A stretch of DNA of 64,000 nt from Felis catus (lineage: Eukaryota). The notes beneath the pieces were generated by a model. It was not told the DNA's origin. It saw only the letters and a list, made by a program, of their open reading frames with translations, and searched no databases. The stretch lies in contig NC_058368.1 of NCBI RefSeq assembly GCF_018350175.1, positions 32,924,001 through 32,988,000 on the forward strand. The letters run 5' to 3'. The translations under genes were made by a program, and so were the position numbers. This document shows positions 62,901 to 64,000 of the stretch, piece after piece (within the stretch, counting starts at the first letter, position 1; every line of letters starts with the position of its first letter).

Positions 62901-63204
62901 TAAAAAACAACAACAACAACAGGAAATTGACATTTGACAATGTTCAGTGTAACAGTATTTTGCCTTTATAAACTAGGCTTTTCATATTGTATCTAACAAT
63001 TTTTTGACATAGTTTAAGGTTACATAGATTTTATCCTACATGTTCTCTAGAAGTCATAGAGTTTTAGGTCTATGATCCATTTTGACTTAACTTTTTAAAT
63101 TCAATACAGGTCTTGTGTGGACAAGACAGCTTTTCCACAATAAGCCTGCCAGATAATTGCCTATGGTCAGATCTGAAAAATCACACATAGGGTTTTGCCG
63201 TGGA

Positions 63205-63960
63205 AAAAGTGATAAAATCAGCTTTCATATGTCTGGGAGAGTATTTGATCTTTGTTTTTGAAATATATTTCATTGGGTATAGAATTTTAGGTTCACCATT
63301 TTTCAGCACTAAGTTATCATGCCACTATTTTCTCATGTGCATAATTTCCCAGAAAAGATGCTGTCATCTTTCTTTATCTTTGTCTCTATATAATATATAT
63401 GTTTTGTCTGGTTAGTTTTGAAATTTTTCTCTTCATCACTCATTCTTAAACAATTTGATTATGATGTGCTTGGGTGTAGTTTTATTCACAGTTTTTGGGC
63501 TTGGGATTTATTGGCCTCCCTGGAAATCAGGGTTTATAGTTTTCTATGAATCTGAAAAATGTTCAGCCATTATTACTTGAAGTATTTTTTATATTTTGTG
63601 TATTATATATTTATATAATTTTATATATCTATAAAATATACCTTATATTCTATAAATTATATATAAAATATAATAAAATACATACAAATAAATATAATTA
63701 AAAAATGTAAAAATATTTTATAGATAAATTTCTTCCTTTCCTCGCTCTCCTTTGAGAATACCACTTCAGAATAAACGGGACCATTTGAAGATGTGCTCAA
63801 GGTCATTAAGGTTCTATTCTTTTTTTAATTCCTCTTTTTTTCTCTTTGTGTCTCATTTTGCATACTTCCAAGTGCAGTGTATTTTCATTGACCTTCTAAA
63901 ATGTCTAATGTATTTTTCTCATTCAATATGTTTTTCATATACTTTCCATTTCTACAATTC
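63205..63960 (-). mobile_element. Ancient L1M ORF1-region fossil with an AT-rich low-complexity insert
   Basis: ttttgaaatatattttcattgggtatagaattttaggtt and aacaatttgattatgatgtgcttgggtgtagtttt. Confidence 0.7.
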
Positions 63961-63969
63961 AATATGGCT

Positions 63970-64000
63970 ATTTTTTTCAACGTTTTATTTATTTATTTTT
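63970..64000 (-). mobile_element. Tail of a probable young Can-SINE cut by the window edge
   Basis: tttttttcaacgttttatttatttatttt, nearly the same tail signature as the young SINE at about 27130. Confidence 0.6.

Overview
This 64 kb window is AT-rich, repeat-dense mammalian genomic DNA. The tRNA-derived Can-SINEs are of the feliform (SINEC_Fc-like) type and the L1s are carnivore-type, so the source is most likely a cat-family genome. I recognise no protein-coding gene, RNA gene, CRISPR array or prokaryotic feature. Nearly all ORFs in the supplied track come from SINEs, microsatellites or decayed L1. The window holds about 27 Can-SINEs (many with readable target-site duplications, TSDs) and one full-length but inactivated L1 (39257-46630, minus strand, with three nested SINEs). 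It also holds two clear 5'-inverted (twin-primed) L1 insertions, several short L1 3' ends, older L1M/L2/L3/MIR fossils, solo LTRs and a MER20 DNA transposon. The best non-repeat candidate is a GC-enriched island at about 23050-23700, where splice signals, an in-phase 105-aa spliced ORF and a poly(A) signal line up; this model is unvalidated and could be chance. Other points of note are three SINE insertions into about 30-35 bp of ancestral DNA, a near-pristine and possibly polymorphic SINE, and a strong minus-strand bias of L1s, which hints that the window is intronic to a plus-strand transcript. Family names come from recalled consensus motifs, not from a database search, and boundaries of old elements are approximate.
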